Origin: Blastocystis sp. Blastoise | Taxonomy: Eukaryota; Protista; Bigyra: Opalinata | Length of the DNA stretch: 64,000 bases | Reading direction: 5' to 3' | Assembly: GCA_039096225.1 (NCBI GenBank) | Contig: JBBPEB010000023.1 | Coordinates: 682,001 to 746,000, forward strand | Shown here: in pieces, positions 36,551 to 51,900 of the stretch | Numbering within the stretch: position 1 is the first letter of the stretch | Layout: each line of letters begins with the position of its first letter | Position numbers and translations under genes: made by a program | Notes under the pieces: model-generated | Database searches by the model: none | What the model was told of the DNA's origin: nothing | What the model saw: only the letters and a program-made list of their open reading frames with translations

Positions 36551-38698
36551 ATAGAATAATTAGTGTTAATATATCCAGCATGTTCAAATAATAATTGTTG
36601 AGGAAGATCTTCTAAACCTTGAATATCCTGTTGATTCTCTACAGAGTCACTTTCAAGAGATAAATCCCATAAAGTCATCTATTAATGAATAATAATAATA
36701 ATATAATAATAAATATAATAATAAATATAATAATAATATAATAATAATAAATATAATAATAATAATAATAAATATAAATATACTTGAGAATCAGTAGTAA
36801 CAGCAAGAACAGAAGATTCACTTGGAGACCATTCCACTGAAGTTATACCTGCATAATTATTATTATACATATATACACAATTCTCACTATATAAATAATC
36901 ATATATTAATATATACATATAATTAAGTATATATATATACTTCTTAAAAGCTCTAAGATCCCAGACTTTGAATGAATTATCATCACTTCCACTTACCATC
37001 AAATAACCAACAAGTCTATAATAATAATAATAATAATAAATAATAAGTATAATAAATAATAAGTATAATATAATAAATAATAAATATAATAATAAATAAT
37101 AAGTATAATAAATAATGAATAGAATAATGAATATAATAATAAATATAATAATGAATAGAATATACTTATTCCAGGAGATGACGTTGACATCGTCATCATG
37201 AGCTAAAACACTTAAAACAGGTTCATAAGTAGCAGATCGTGTATCCCAAATACGTATATAACGGTCACTACTACATGTAGCAAATACCTATATATATATA
37301 TGTTATATAATAAGTATAATAAGTATAATAAATATAATAAATATAATAATAATATACATTATCTTCATCTGTACTCCATTGAATATCTTCAATGCTTCTG
37401 CCATTACCACATGTAAATGGACGTTTATTTGTTGACCAACCACTTTGAGAATAAGTATGTAAATAAATATTACCATTATTATCACCTGTAGCTAATAATC
37501 CTTTATTCTTTCTATTCCAGTCCATAGCATAACCCTCTGTAGAATGAGAATAACTATATATAGCACCCTGATTAGGATTACGAAGACTATTACCACCATT
37601 AAGAATAGTAAGTTGATTAGTAACATCATAAATATCAATAGATCCCTTTTCACTCCATGTAGCTACAATCTGACTACTATCAGGCATACACTATTATATA
37701 TAATATATAATATAATATAATATAATATAATATAATATAATATAATATAATATAATATAATATATATACTCTAACTCTATTAATAGCACCTTTATGATTA
37801 ATACATTGATACATAATTTGAGCATCTGTATCTAATCCTTCACCATCATCATCTTCTTCAGGATCTATATATATATATATATATATACAACGTATAGAAG
37901 ATATGCATATTAATAATAATAAATATAATAAATATAATAACCATAATAAATATAATAAATATAATAATAAATATAATAATAAATATAATATACCTTCATC
38001 AAATTTAGTTTTATACATATCAAACATTTTCATAACAACAAGTTTATTATCATTTTCATTTTCAGCTTGAGTACCACCAACTGCAAATAATGTCATAGGA
38101 AACTATATAATAAATGTATCAATTATTATATAGAAAAAACAATTAATAAAAAAAAAAAAATGAATAAAAAAAAACAATGAAAAAAAAAAAAACAAAAAAA
38201 AAAAACAACAACAACATACTCTAGATCTTTCTAAACCTAAATTATCATTTACAACATCAAAAGAAAGACAAGGCCATTCTACATTAAGAGCATGATACAT
38301 AATATAAGCACTACTATCATAATCAAGTTCTTCACCTTCAACTAAACTATCTTTACCAACTCGAAATACCTATATGAAATAATAAAATGAATAGAAGAAT
38401 ACTAAAATTAGAAAATCTAGTTATATATATATGGATTTAACTAAAAATATTTTATATCGACTTGAAAAAAAGAAAGACTTACAGCATTTGGCTTTTCATC
38501 TTGTTCATTTTTATCTTCTTTTTCAATATCAATACCAGTAGCATCCTCATCCATAGCATCGTGAGTTTCTTCATTTTCATATTCATCGATTGTAGGATCT
38601 TCATACTCCATGGTATCTGCTTCGTCAGGATTTTCAGGAGTTTGATTCTCATCAGTTCTCTTCTTCTGGAAATTACTATTTATATTATTTCTCTTCAT
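36350..38698 (-). CDS. GRWD1: Glutamate-rich WD40 ribosome-assembly protein (Rrb1/GRWD1)
   Basis: Acidic N-terminus; [25 protein letters not shown]; GGTQA; HKGAINRVR; EGYAMDW; DVNVISWN; LPQQLLFEH; [10 protein letters not shown]. Confidence 0.93.
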
Positions 38699-39663
38699 CT
38701 TTTCTTAATGTAAATAACAAATTGAATAAAAATACCACAATTTTTCTCTCTCATGGTTATTTGTTTTTTTAAAGATAAAAGGAAAATAATTTTTTTGATT
38801 TGTTTTCAGAACGCTTTTCATAGGGAATATTTTGTTTCTTTTTTTTTTTATTTTCACTTTTATGTAGTATACAGAAGTGATATTGGAATATAATTAATGA
38901 TATAAAGCTAATAATAAAAGTAACTCATTGGAGCCTATAAGACTTCTGAAAAATGTTTTGGTCATAACATGTATATGTATTTTGTTGTGTATTTATGTGA
39001 TGTAAATGAAATAGAAATGCATGTGAGAATCATTACAATAAATATTTAATTAGTGATTAACTCGAATAAGTATATATTTTATGAATAAAAAGAGATTTAT
39101 TTCATTTATTAATGAAAACTGTGTATGATATATAGATTAATTTGTGGATGAAATCAACTTTGTATTTCTGTTGAATTTGATTATTTACATATATATTATT
39201 TGATAGTTATTATGAATTGGTTTCACAAATAACTTCTGAATCAAGTTTATTAACTATTGGATCATAATATACAAACTAATAGAATAGTTAAAACAAATAT
39301 TTAATTTAGAAATCATTGACTTTTTCATTGTAAAAAGTTAAATTCTTAATTATTGTTTTTATTTTATTTTTAATAGTTGCAATATACGTTTTAAACAATT
39401 CCATGTATGATTTAAAAATATTTCTCTCTATTAACAGTATAAAATGACAATTATTATGCTATATATCTCGACATCTTCTTCCAAATTCATATTATATATA
39501 TGAAGAATACGTGTCACGATTTGAATAAATGAAAAATATCAAAAAATATTATTATGGAGCGATAAAGAAAAAGTAGACGTTTCGTGATTCGTTGAAACTT
39601 CTGATTCTATAAAAAGAAATTTAAAAATTCAAAGATTTTCATTTTTCTTTTTCTAAATTTATA

Positions 39664-41065
39664 ATGTTTAGTTCTTATTTAACTTCAATAATCATTTCAT
39701 TTTTCCAAACACTTCTTACTACTGTGTTGTCGCCATTATTTTTTGTAGCTAGTGTGGTATCTCAGATTGCATATTACTTTACAACTAAAGAAGAAGAGCA
39801 TCATACTGTCTTAATTACAGGAGCTACATCAGGAATAGGCGAAGGATTAGCTAGAAAATATTCTAAAAATTGTTCAAAATTGATATTAATAGGTCGTAAT
39901 AATGAGAAGTTATCTTCACTTAAATCAGAATTATCTTCGGAACAGTGTTCAGTTTGTGTTCATTCTGTAGATATTACTGATAAAGAGAAAATGAGATCTA
40001 TTATAAGTCAGTACAAAGATATCGATTTAGTTATAGCAAATGCTGGTATTAGTTCTACTTTATTACAATTTGATGAAACCCCTAGTATATTAGAACAAGT
40101 ATATTCTAGTTGTAATGATTATAATATATATATATTTATAAATATTCAATATAAATTAATTGAATAATATATTTATAAATATTCAATATAAATTAATTGA
40201 ATAATATATTTATAAATATTTAATATAAATTAATTGAATAATATATTTATAAATATTCAATATAAATTAATTGAATAATATATAGACAACAGAGAGAATA
40301 TTTGAAACTAATGTCAATGGTACTTTTAATACACTTTTCCCGGCTATTGATAATATGAAAGTATATATATATAGAAACATATTTTTATAGGATTATAGTA
40401 TAATTTCATAATTATTTATTATAAATATTCTTTGAAATAGGTTATCTATATATGCTATTTATAATATTATTTTATTAATATAATAAATATATTGTATATT
40501 ATTATTGTTATTTTATTTCTCTCTTACTCTCTCTCTTTATATATATATACATATATAGTTACAGAAACATGGTCAGATCTGTATAGTTGCATCTATAGCA
40601 GGATTAGGAGGAGATGGAATTAATACTTGTTACGCAGCTTCAAAATGTGCTCTTACTTCTTATGCCGAAGGATTAAGATCTATTTTAGAACCTTATAATA
40701 TTAAAGTGAATATTGTTACACCTAGTATATATATATTATTATTTATATTGATTTATATAAATATTATACTTATAAAAAATAATATATTTTTAATTGAAAT
40801 TTATATTTTGTATTTTAAAAATTAAAATCATGGGTTTTCATTGCTAAAAATTTATTATTATTAAAAATATAGTTATATAGATATGAATACATTTAATAAT
40901 AAAAAAATAATAACTATAACTATATATATTATATATAGGTCCTGTAGCTACAAGAATGATTAATTCAAATGGTTCTTCAGATCCTCTTACTCTTACTGTT
41001 GATCAATGTGTTAATTATATATATAATGGTATTCGAGATGATATGCTTTATATCTATTGTAATCC

Positions 41066-41108
<43 letters not shown>

Positions 41109-41399
41109 TAAATTTTTTATATATTCTAAAATATATTCTAAAATATATATTCTAAAATATAAATAAACAGTATTAATATTCTTTACACTTAAATGCTTAT
41201 TCAATTAATAATATATATATATATCTATAGTTTCTTTATATTACTTACGTTAATATACAAAGTAATGCCAGTTACTCTTAAAAGAGTTTATTTACAGTTT
41301 CAGACTTATTTAAGACATATTCATGTAGATGGATGTGAATATTATGAACCACAAGATGTAAAGATGAAGTCATATACTAAATCAACAAAATCTGAATAA
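39664..41399 (+). CDS. Short-chain dehydrogenase/reductase with N-terminal membrane anchor
   Basis: TGATSGIG cofactor motif, ANAG, ETNVNG, VASIAG and catalytic YAASK. Five exons or more; TAA ends at 41399. Confidence 0.92.
40133..40281. repeat. Intronic minisatellite, 37-bp unit x4
   Basis: Unit TATTTATAAATATTCAATATAAATTAATTGAATAATA, repeated within SDR intron 1. Confidence 0.9.
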
Positions 41400-41842
41400 T
41401 ATCTATTATATACTATTTAATAATTCTTTCTTTTAGCAAAAAAAATATTTTTTTTTATGAATCTGATTTATAAAAAGTATTTCCTATCTTATGTAGTTTA
41501 TTTTTATTTTTATTTTTTTTGTGAACTAGAAAATATTTATTTTAGATAATAAAAGATTGAATAATATTGTTTTAAAACACAAAAGAATAATAATAACTAA
41601 TTAATTCAAAATTATATTAGTATATTTTGAATAATAGAAAAAATTATATTTATACAAAAATGAAATTTAAAAATAAAACAAATATAAAAAAAAGAAAGAA
41701 TAACAGAAGAAAAAAAAAAAATTAATTTAAAAAAAATTAGTTATATAATTAATTATAGAAATTGTAATAAGCAATATAATTAAACACTATAAATAATATC
41801 AAATAAAGTGATATCATCAATAAATAATAAAACTATATATCT

Positions 41843-43637
41843 TTATCGACAAATAGAATAAAAATGAGTTTTATTAGTATGATGAGTATATAATAGTTTT
41901 GATTGTTTTATGGTTATTTTATTTTTATAAATTATATCAGCTTCATTAAAATGTTTTAATACATGCTTAGGATATATATTATTATATAAAGTAAGAAGAC
42001 TCATAAAAACATCATCATTTTGAAACAAATTATCCATATATGGAAATGTATATATATGTTTTCGAAGTATGTCTTTTGTATATAGAGTAAATGGACCATC
42101 AACAAAAGGTATTTTCCAAGGTAATATAAAATAAGGTTTTGACCATTTATCACGTAAATTAATATCAGGAGATGAATTTTTTATAATTCCCATATATGTT
42201 TTTCTTCTAGATCTTAATAATAGTTCATCAACTTCACTTGGATTTACACATATATCATCATCACCAATAATTACATTAGTAGTGGTTGTATTGGATATAA
42301 TAAATAATTCTTCAATCATAAAATATTTTAATGTGTTATTACCATAATGTTCAACTATATTTGTACCTATAATATCTTGATACATTTCAGATTCTTTATA
42401 AATATTTGAAAATAATGGATCTGAACTATTTTTACTTACTACAAAATAAATTTTAAAATTAAATGCATATTTATGTTGATATTGACCCCAAGTATTTCGT
42501 ATACCATCACGAATATCACGATTATAATAAGTAGATTTTAAAAAATAAATTAATTTATAATGATCAAAAAGATCTTTTAATTCATCATAACGAGGTAATA
42601 TATAAAATGTAAAACGAGTACCTACAGGAAAAAAGAAGAAATTACTATAATAATCACGTGCATAAAAATCTATTCGTTTTCTTTCTATAGTTTCTTTTTG
42701 TTGATATAAATATTTAATAGTAGTATTTGAATCATAAATTTGAATAGGATTATAAGGATGATAATATTCTTCATAATCTATATAGCTAATACCTGAAGGG
42801 GGTAGAACTATATATTGACCATATACTATTGAATCTTCTATAAATGAAAAAGGTAAATGATTCTTTTGTTTTAAAGAATGTAATATATCTTTTGGATTCT
42901 TTTGAATAACATGTAATTTATGTTGTATCATTTTATACGTACATCTCCAAAATAATGTTTTAGAAGGATTTCTTAATTGTGTTGGATCACAATAATCTGG
43001 ATATAATGGAATACTATAAGATTCGTAGATAGATTGAATTTTTGGAATAAATTGAATTGAAGAATTATAATTAGATATATTCTGAATATATCTTGAAGAA
43101 GGAAATGTATTTAGTGTTATTAATTCATAATTACTATGAACTTGAGTCTTATTAAAATAAAGTAGCTGACGAAGATGTTCAAAAGGACGTTGATATTTTG
43201 AATGAATAGAATCACTCATTTTTTTATAATTCTTCTTTATAATATCTATGTTATATTATATATAAAAAATAGATTTATAGGATATACTGAGTGCATTATT
43301 TTGATTAATCCACGAAGATTCTTTACTAGAACTATCATAATAATAGATTGAATGATCTGAAGATGATTTCGAAAATTTAGTTAATGTTTTGTGAGAAATA
43401 TTTGAAGATAATACACCATGATACTCTATAGAAAAAGGAATTGAAAGAGATTGACAATTTATTGATCTGGAATGAATTCTAAATGCTTTCTTTATTTAAA
43501 ATCATACGATCAGAGTATAAAGGGTTATTTGTGAAGGATAATGGATTTGTAAATTGAGTTGATTTCTTGATATTATATATAGAGATCATGAAGGCAATCA
43601 TGCATATTATAAAAACATAATTCTTTTCTTTGAACAT
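41843..43637 (-). CDS. GT31 beta-1,3-galactosyltransferase-like glycosyltransferase, type II membrane protein
   Basis: RDGIRNTWG, ESEMYQDII, EHYGNNTLK, GDDDICVN (DxD), PFVDG and NDDVF. Two short phase-1 introns join an upstream ATG at 43637 carrying the signal anchor YVFIICMIAFMISIY. Confidence 0.85.
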
Positions 43638-44235
43638 AGCAGCAATATTCGCAGAAAATGAATTAAGAAATTATTTAGATAATCATTAATGTTTTGAATT
43701 TCTTCGTAATTGAATTGAAAAATCCCATGATTTTTATTCTTTTAAATTATTTTTCTAAATAAGGGATTTTTGCAAACACATTGTTCATTAAAGTGTTTAG
43801 ATACATTGCAAATATATTGAAATATCTAATTAATGATAAGAAATCTATAAAATAAAATAATAAAGAAAAAAATAAGAATGAGTATAGAATTTCACTTTAG
43901 AAATAGTTACTATCGAATTCTTATAGTTGATACAATATAGATTTCATAATTACTATTTTTAAAGATTTATATTAATTGATTTTCTTATTATTAAAAGGAA
44001 AAATAAAAATAAATGAAAATTTTTTTAAAAATATTTCCGAAAAATACTATTCTGGTTCTCTATTTTGAAGAATATACATTTTTACAGTGACTTTTGTAGT
44101 CAAATCATGGGAATTGTGAATGAATTCAATAAATAAAATTTATACGGAATTCTTTTAGTAAATAGTTTTTTCTCGTATTATCGTTCTTTTTGCCTTTACA
44201 TTCAAGGTGATATAGGTCATTTCTTTTTTCTAAAC

Positions 44236-45831
44236 ATGACTCTATCTTTGCTGAGTAAATTTCTATGGTTTTCAACTATTTTAGTGTTATGTTTTATTCA
44301 AAGCAAAACAATTGTAGAAGAACATTCTATAGATTTAATTCATTCATCAAATTCAAGTCATACCGTACATATCATGATTATTATGTTTAAAAGTCTTTTT
44401 TTTTATAGTATAAAGATTTAGATCATATACAAACACACACCAAGTATGTATTTATTATATAAAATGAAAATGAATAATCGAATTTCTAGAAAATGTTTTC
44501 ACAAAGATGCTAATAATATAATTTATCCTTCAGATTATTCTAGATTTTATCAGAATTCATTTGCAGAATATTGGGAATGGCTTTCTAAACAAAATACTTC
44601 GAATGTGTTACAATCAACAAATATCTTATTTCATACTTCTTATGAACCAAATATTGATTATTCTTTTATATTTAGATTTTCTAAAAAGAATAGATTATCT
44701 GATATAATTGATACTATACAAGATTTTCCTGATATTAGTTATTATTGGTTAAATAATTTTACAAAGATTCACAGACAATCCCCAGTATTATATGGTACAT
44801 ATTATATACAAAAGAAACTTTATGATTATCAGAATTCATTTGATTGTTCTAAAGCTAAATATATTCTTGTTGGTGTTGCTATATCAGGTATTGGCTCTCA
44901 TGTTCATGTAATGGGATCTTTATTAGCAGAAGCTATCAATCACAATCGAATATTAGTTATGATTGATAATAATGATTCTTATTGGATAGAAAAATCGATT
45001 TGTACAGAAAATTCATTATTATGTTATTTTGAAAATATGAGTCAATGTCAATCTTATATAAAAAATACATATCAACAATTAAGATCTACTCAATATGTTA
45101 TATCCAATCCTAAAAAGAATGATTTGAAAACATATGATAATGTTCAATATATATATTCAAATACACAATCTATTACTGTATATGAGTCTAAAAACACTAT
45201 TCCTTATTTTGTTCAAGAATTTTGTGATGAATTATCTTTATCTTCTGAAGAATGCTTAGTTTATTGGAGAATACAAGCATCTACATTCATTTCTAGATTA
45301 AATAAGAAATTCAGTAGTGTTTTAAATTCTCGTTTAAAATTAGATTGTATAAATTGTTTAGATTCTTATGATGTTAATATACATATACGTAGTGCAGATA
45401 AAAAGAATGAAATGATTATTCCTTCTCCTTTAGTATTTAATTATCCAATAAATATTATTCAAAAAATACTTAATAAAAATAAACTATCAATATATATAAA
45501 TGGTGATAATGATGAAGATATAAAAACAGTTGTACAATCTTCTAATAATATATTTATATATATATCTAAAGAACGAAGAGAAAATAAAGATGTATATAAT
45601 ATAATAAAAAAAGAAGATATTGTAGTTTATTCTTTTCTCAATTTAAGAGAATCATTGAAATCAAGTATTCTTATAGGTACTTATGAGAGTAATTGGATAA
45701 GATTGATGATTGAACTTAAATTGACAATTGGCTATGGTAGTAAGAGTTTATTCTTTGAAGTTGGACATGGCAATTGCATTACATATATTGATTGCCATAA
45801 TACAAAGAATACATTTAATCCTGTGTGGTAA
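44236..45831 (+). CDS. GT23/FUT8-like alpha-1,6-fucosyltransferase-like protein
   Basis: Signal-anchor exon; YQNSFDCSKAKYIL, GIGSHVH, NRILV, motif I NIHIRSADKKNE, motif II IYINGDN, motif III IGTYESNWIRLMIEL. Confidence 0.8.
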
Positions 45832-48450
45832 AAACAAACATACATTTAATCAACTTTTATTTCTATCATTTAATTTCTTCTATTAATGTATCATGTATTA
45901 ATATTTATATGATATTTTTATCTAGCTTTTATTTAGTATTTGTTTTTTCTATTTAATTTTATAATAATAGTTATTAAAAAGTTTATATCTTTTTTCTATA
46001 TTCATCATGAATTTATAATAATTATTTTTTATATACGATGGTTTTAGTATTAATAATTATTCTTGTATTGTTTAAAGGGTTCTATTTGTTTTTTTTATAT
46101 ATTTTTAAACATATGATTTATTTATTAATCTAAAAAAGACGTAAAATCAGTATGAACATCTTATTTTGTATTTTTTATTATGACTAACTGAAAGAAATTA
46201 CTTTTTTAAGTTGAAAATGAGTTGATCTATATTTGAACTTTTTGTGCTTTAGAAACCATGGAAATTTAAGATTCATTTTTTGAACTATGGAATGAATGAC
46301 GGTAGTGAATATATATATGAAATCATTTAGTTTATATAGTTAAGAAATTATTAAAAAAACAATTCTATATATTATATTTAAGCTTATTAGATATAAAACT
46401 ATTTAAAACATAAAGAAAAAATGATTATTTGTAGCTTATTATAATATTAAATATTATTCAAATTGAAATTGAATATATTTTTTGAGTATCTTATAATTAT
46501 GGTTATATATAGATCTATTTATATCGAATATTCGATTAGAATGTTTGTATCCATTATGTATTAAAGATATATTCTATTCCTTAGAAAGAGTAACAATGCG
46601 TCGTATATAATATAATACTATAATATATTTATTATAGTATAATATAATTGGCCAGCTTCTATGAGCCCTTTTTTTATCATATGGAATTGTCGCCAACATT
46701 TGTAACAAAATATTTATTTTGTTAGATATATAATTTTATATTTTTATTCATTCAACTTATATTCAGCAGAAAATGTCAATAATTTATTGTCATAATAACT
46801 ATCACAAAAATGAGGAAATATGAAGAAAAACGAATCTTTATACTTGTCTTTTTTATTACAGAAATGAATAAAAAACTGAGAAAATTACTTTTTTTATGTC
46901 TGTATATCTTAGAATTACTTGATGAATATTATTTTGTATATATTTTGGTATCAAGTTAGTAAATTGACATAAAATAAAGAAAAAATGTTCATTAAAATGG
47001 GAAAATCATGTGTGTTATATATTTTAAGAAATATATTGATATACTTATATATATCTATTTTTTTATTCATTTTTTTATTATTATATTAATTTATTAATTT
47101 ATTTTCATGATTTCTAAATATTTCTTAATGCTTTTATGATATATTTTTATTGAAAGTATTTTTGCTATAAACTAGTTTTTTCTTCAATGTATTAATAATT
47201 GTAGCTAATTAAAAAAAACTCTTCATTTATTCTTTTTATAGATTTAGATATAAAAAACATATAAAAATGAATAAAGAATAATAAAATGGTATTTTTATTT
47301 AATTCTATCATCTATAGCAGCATCTTTTTTTGTATTATTACTTTAAACACACATTTATTTTTGCTAAACAAATGTCTAGACCATTAAAGACCTATAGTTC
47401 ATAGAACAGGATCTAAAATTGGTTTTTGTTTCATTTTTAGGAAATAAAAGATCACGAAAAATTTTGTTACATAATAAAAGTATATTTATATATTGAAAAC
47501 ATGTGAAAAAAGAAAATAATAATATATCTTTTTGTAAAAGATGACTTTTTAAAAGTATTTAAGTGACTATTTTTATCTTTTTGCATTTCAATTATCTTAG
47601 AAAGGATCAACTATCTGGGAGAATCTTTTTTTTATTTCTTTCTTTCTCAAAAAAAAATTAATAAATATATATTTTTGTGTTTTTTATTTGTTGAAACTTT
47701 TAAAGTTGATAATGATATTAGAGTTGTGATGTTATAATTAGATTTTCAAAATAGTATATTGAAAATGTTCTAATTATTATTTATATCACTTTGTGGTACT
47801 TTTAATTATTTCAAAGACATCACGGGTAAAAATAGCATTTTTATCCAATTTAAAAAAAGAATCTAAACTGTTTAAGTAAATGATATGAATAAGTATATTA
47901 TTTAAAGCATTAGAATTTCCTTTATTCATTTGATACAGGAAATGTATTTTTTTAAATAAATTTTTATGAAATTTTACAAAGTTTATTTATTTTTAAATCA
48001 TAATTTTAAAAGCATAATCCATTTTTTCTTCATGAATACAAAATATAAAAAAAACAATAAAACATAGAGTTTTTATTATTAAATTATATTTTAATTGTTC
48101 AAACATCGAATAAGTTAAAAAAACTATTAAAGATATTATAAATAAATAAATAAATAGATTAACTAATATGATTATTATAATTTTCTTATATAATAGCATG
48201 TATAATTATATATGTAGAACATATATGTGTAATGTTACAAATATAAAGTGATTTTTTGTAAAAGATATTCTTGATTATTTAAAAAAATATATATATACAA
48301 AATATCTTTTCGTGTGACATCAATATTTATTCTGATTAATCTTATTAATTCAGTTTTTTATCTATGTTTTTATGAAATTTTATCGTTTTTTTTTAATAAT
48401 TTGATCGCATAAGCATTTTGTTTTAGCATATATTCTTGTCTTTAATGCTA

Positions 48451-48965
48451 TATGTGACGTAAACATTTAATTCTTTATTATTATATGACTTAGCATTTAA
48501 TTATTTATTATTAATGTGACGTCAATATTTAATTATTTATTATTATATGACTCAGCATTTAATTCTTTATTATTGATGTGACGTAAACATTTAATTCTTT
48601 ATTATTATATGACTCAGCATTTAATTCTTTATTATTGATGTGACGTAAACATTTAATTCTTTATTATTATATGACTCAGCATTTAATTCTTTATTATTAA
48701 TGTGACGTCAATATTTAATTCTTTATTATTATATGACTCAGCATTTAATTCTTTATTATTGATGTGACGTCAATATTTAATTCTTTATTATTATATGACT
48801 CAGCATTTAATTCATAATTATTATATGACTCAGCATTTAATTCTTTATTATTATATGACTCAGCATTTAATTCTTTATTATTAATGTGACGTAAACATTT
48901 TGTTCTTTATTATTATATGACTCAGCATTTAATTCGTTATTATTATATGACTCAGCATTTAATTA
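48451..48965 (+). repeat. Tandem array of 17 units (30-31 bp), mostly alternating TGACGT(C/A)A and TGACTCAGCA cores (62-bp higher-order repeat)
   Basis: TGAC starts every 31 bp from 48455 to 48796, then at 48826, 48856, 48887, 48918 and 48948. Near-constant linker TTTAATTCTTTATTATT. Confidence 0.95.
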
Positions 48966-51900
48966 TTTCCTTTTTATGCATCAAATATTTTTTTCAGACA
49001 TAATTTTTGTCACTAATTTTTGAATACTATTAGAATACATTATCCTTTATATGTATTTTTTAATATTTTTCGTAGTAAAAAATTTTTATAGTTTATCTAT
49101 TCTTGGGATCAACTCGATTTTTCGAATAGCATAATATTTTTATGATTACTTTTTGTTTTTTTAAATATATTAAACTAATTTAACCCTAAAACAGAAATTT
49201 TATGTGCTTATTGATATCACAGTATTATTTATATCAGATAACTTCCTCTTTTGTGACGATTTCCATAACAATAAAAAACAATTGAATATAAAATATATAT
49301 GTTTATTATTCGAAGGTTAAAAGAATATCATAAATTTCTATTATATTTTCTGTGTGTTAATTAAACTTTAAAAGGTAGTGAACATTTTTATAAACAAGCT
49401 AAAAGTGAGAGTGAATCTGAAACCTATGCTTAAGAAATTGATAATAATTATATATTTTTGATATTTATACTTATAATATAAAATTTAAGAAATTGATTTA
49501 ATATATTTCATTGATTAACTGTATATTTTGGATAATCATATCATACCAAATAACTCAACTGCTTCTTTCCATACTTTCTTTGAGTTTTAATTTTGTTTTT
49601 GTTTTCTGTTTTATCTATTGTTTTTTCTTTTGAAAATATTATGTTATTGTTGAACATAGCAAGATAAGAACAAAAGAAAGCATTCAAAATGTTCGATTAT
49701 TCTTAAACAATTATGCACATAACATTTATTATATATATATTTAGAATTTGTAAATAAATTTTTATATCATAAACATCTAAAAGCGAATATTTTCATATGT
49801 TTTTCTATTTCCATCTGAGATAGCTCTTAAATAATCATCAATGAATAATATATATAAAATAACATATATATATATCGTTTAAAAAATATATATAATCATT
49901 TATTTTCCTAATCACACACTCTTGACATTTGAAAAGACTTAAATATTTTTATGTTTCTATCAAATGAATTAATCAATAATACCAAAATACCATATAGTAA
50001 CATTTATATCAAAATAAACAGATATATAAAAAAAATTATTAAGTACATGTTTAAAATTGAATAATACAAAATATTTTCCGGAACAATGCTAATTTCTAGC
50101 TATTTTAATAATATATATTTTTTGTAAATTTTGCCCCATAATGGTCTACACCAATAAAATGTTCGTATTCAAAATATATAATTATTATTCTGGACAAGTA
50201 GAATTATTATATCAAGTTGATATAGGCACAAATTTATTAAAAGCAATCCAAATATTTATTATGATTAAACGCTTTATATAATGCTCAGAATTTTCATATT
50301 CATATAGTAAAAGCAAAGGCATTTAAATTATTATTAATAGCAGGCATAAAAAATATATGAATCAACATATTCATATATTCTTAGAAACTACATATTTATT
50401 CTAAAAGATATAAAATTCTCCATAAGCAAAAAATGGAATAGCTAACAATAGAGAATGATGAATACATATTAGTGATAAATGATTTTTTTAGAAAAATTCA
50501 AAAAGAATTAAAAACAAGTCTTTTATTAAATGATAAATAAAAATAATGATGAAAACGTAGGTTTAGAGGATATTAAAGTATATAGTATAATAATATGAAA
50601 TACAAACTTAATTCCAAAAAATAACATACTATAGAAATGTTATAAGAAATTAATAATGATATAATTTTTTTTGCTTAATATTAGTTTTTTAAATAGTTTA
50701 ATTTTTTTAGAGTTCTGTTGTTTGATATCATAAATTGATTATGAAAATATATAGCTTAAAAACTTATTTTAAAGTTACAGAAGATGTAGCAATGAGATCA
50801 ATTTGAATTAGATTTTTATTTAATGTGTTGATTTGCTATTTCTTTTTATGAGTATTTATTGTATTACATCAATTATGTTATTTTATGGAAGAAACTCAAC
50901 TTTTGTGGTAATTATAATTAAATATTTGACTGCCACTATAAGATAAGTTTGATTGTATTAATACAAAAAAAAGAAGTTTTCCAAAATGTATTTTTATGTC
51001 AAATGCTAGATATAAGTCTCAAATATTAGTTTTTTTATAGAGAGATTATCCAAACCAGAAAGGGGTAATAACATGTTTAAAAAGTAAAATATTTAGTTTA
51101 TTTACAATAAAAACACAGCCTTTTTTGTTACTAGCTAAATATTTTTATTTTTTTTAGAGTATTGGTGAGTTTGGGTTTTTATATATTTTATTACATAAAA
51201 AAAATAGATTCTTAATATAAAAACAATAAAAACTAACAATAATATAAGTGCTTGATAAAAAAATAGTTCTATTTCTATTATTTAAATATGTATCAAGTAT
51301 TTTCTTGAATATTTAGATTAATTCTTTAACATATTTTTTATAATTTTTCTGCTTTTATATTAAATAAGAGAAAGTCACTTATAACCAATTTTAAATAAAT
51401 GCTATCTTTGAGCTATATATGTGTAATTGCATTGTATTGTAATAAACACTTCAAAAAGAAGAAAAATAAAAAACTCAAAATAATATATTTTCAAAATAAT
51501 GCAAATATACTTGATATACATATTTATACACGATTGAGACTTTAATTATATTTTTCTGTATTTCAATTCTTATATTTCAATAATGTATAAGCAATTTGAG
51601 TTAGTATTCATAAATATTTTTATATACACTACAGTTTAAGTATATATATATATATATATATATATATTCTAATGACTTTTATGTTGAGATTAGCAAATTA
51701 AACTATATACAATTGAAGGATAAAACTAAAAAAAATGTCTAAATTATTGGTATTATTAAGCCATCTATTTATTTATATAAACATTATATGCCACTTAATT
51801 TTTTAAGAAAAATGATTGGATAAACATTTCGTTTTTGCCAGTATAATAAATTATAAAAAGTCCTTACAGATGTTCTCATATTTTTGTGAGCAGTGTAGAA

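Noticed and set aside
50100-50470. Possible pseudogene relic on the minus strand (LLAIPFFAYGEFYI-like fragments)
   Set aside because: Multiple stops and no family motif I can name.
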